DNA of 64,000 nt from Mobula hypostoma (taxonomy: Eukaryota). Of this stretch, positions 62,735 through 64,000 are shown one piece after another (position 1 is the stretch's first letter; each line of letters starts with the position of its first letter). Location: assembly GCF_963921235.1 (NCBI RefSeq), contig NC_086097.1:125614001-125678000 (forward strand), in the 5' to 3' direction. Under the pieces are notes generated by a model that worked only from the letters and a program-made list of their open reading frames with translations, had not been told where the DNA came from and did not search any database. Made by a program: the position numbers and the translations under genes.

Positions 62735-63990
62735 CTGGACACTGCAATTTTTCCTCATACTTAACAGAACTGCTCAAGCTCTGTCAGATTGCATGGGGAT
62801 CATGAGCGAGCAATCATTTTCAAGTCCAGCCACAAATTCTCAATTGGATTGAGGTCTGGACTCTGACTTGGGCTCTCCAGGGCATTAACTTTGTTGTTTT
62901 TGAGCCATTTCTTTTTAGCTTTGGCTTTATGCTTGGGCTCACTGCCTTGCTGGGAAACAAATCGTCCCCCAAGTCACAATTCTCTTACAGACTGCATCAG
63001 GTTTTCCTCCCCGAATTCCCTGTACTTTGCCTCATTCATTTTACCCTCTACCTTCACAAGCCTTCCAGGGCCTGCTGCACTGAAGCATCCCCACAGCATG
63101 ATACAGCCACCACCATGCTTCATGGTAGGGATGGTGTGTTTTTGATGATATGTGATGTTTGACTTACGCTAAACATATTGTTTAGTCTGATAGCCAAAAA
63201 ATTCAATTTTGGTTTCATCAGACCATAGAACCTTCTTCCAGCTGACTTCAGAGTCTCCCACATGCCTTCAAGCAAACTCTAGCCAAATTCCATGTAAGGT
63301 TTTTTTTCAACAGCGAGTTTCTCTTTGCCACTCTCCCATGGAGCTGTGACTGGTGAAGCACCCGGGTAATAGTTGATGTATGTGCAGTCTCTCCCATCTC
63401 AGCCACTGAAGCTTGTAACTCCTCCAGAGTTGTCACAGGTCTCTTGGTGGCCTCCCTCTTGCACTAGTCCCCTTCTTGCATCGTCACTTAATTTTTGAGG
63501 ACGGCCAGATCTAGGCAGATTTACAGTTGTGCCATATTCTTTCAATTTCTTGATGATTGACTTAATTGTACTCCAAGGGACACTCAGCGACTGGGACATT
63601 TACGTATTCATCTCCCAACTTGTGCTTTTCAATAACCTTTTTGTGAAATTGCTTAGAGCATTCTTTTGTCTTTATGGTGTAGTTTTTAACCAGGATACTG
63701 ACTCACCAGCAGTTGGACGTTCCAGATACAGGTGTATTTTTACTACAGTCAATTGAAACACCTTGACTGTACACAGTGATCTCCATTTAACTAATTATGT
63801 GACTTCTAAAACCAATTGGCTGCACCAGTGATGATTTGGTGTGTCATATTAAAGGGAGCGAGTACTTAATGCAACGATTATTTAGTGTTTTATATTTGTA
63901 ATTAATTTCAATTCAATAGGTATATTTAATGTCAGAGTAATCTATAAAACATACGTCCTAAAATTCTTCTAGATCACTTTGTCGAGATCT
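62735..63990 (-). mobile_element. Tc1-like DNA transposon with degenerate transposase
   Basis: SQSLSVPWSTIKSIIKKLKEYGTTVNLPRSGRPQKL (paired-like HTH with GRP), TTLEELQAS...[44 protein letters not shown]; frameshifted. Confidence 0.92.
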
Positions 63991-64000
63991 GTTTTCACTT

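Overview
Eukaryotic, repeat-saturated vertebrate DNA, most likely a cartilaginous fish and probably a ray. This is inferred from the repeat mix: CR1 LINEs, V-SINEs, Rex1/Babar, Penelope-like elements (PLEs), RTE, L1, Hero and Tc1. I could not support any host protein-coding exon, so the window reads as intergenic or deep intronic, and almost every ORF in the track is transposon-derived or spurious. The most notable items are these. (1) A 1.8-kb internally deleted endogenous retrovirus at 28799-30614 (+), not evident from the ORF track. It combines a class III (ERV-L/ERV-S-like) integrase remnant and polypurine tract with a gamma-type env (signal peptide, CWVC, immunosuppressive domain, CX6CC, TM). 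(2) Minimal type I hammerhead ribozyme motifs in PLE termini, including ~200-bp TSD-flanked palindromic mini-elements. (3) A Hero-clade restriction-like-endonuclease retrotransposon fragment. (4) Cleanly nested insertions: a PLE inside a solo LTR, and an L1 inside an RTE. (5) A few repeat-free islands that may be enhancers. All calls come from reading and translating by eye; no database searches were run, and boundaries without TSD support are approximate.
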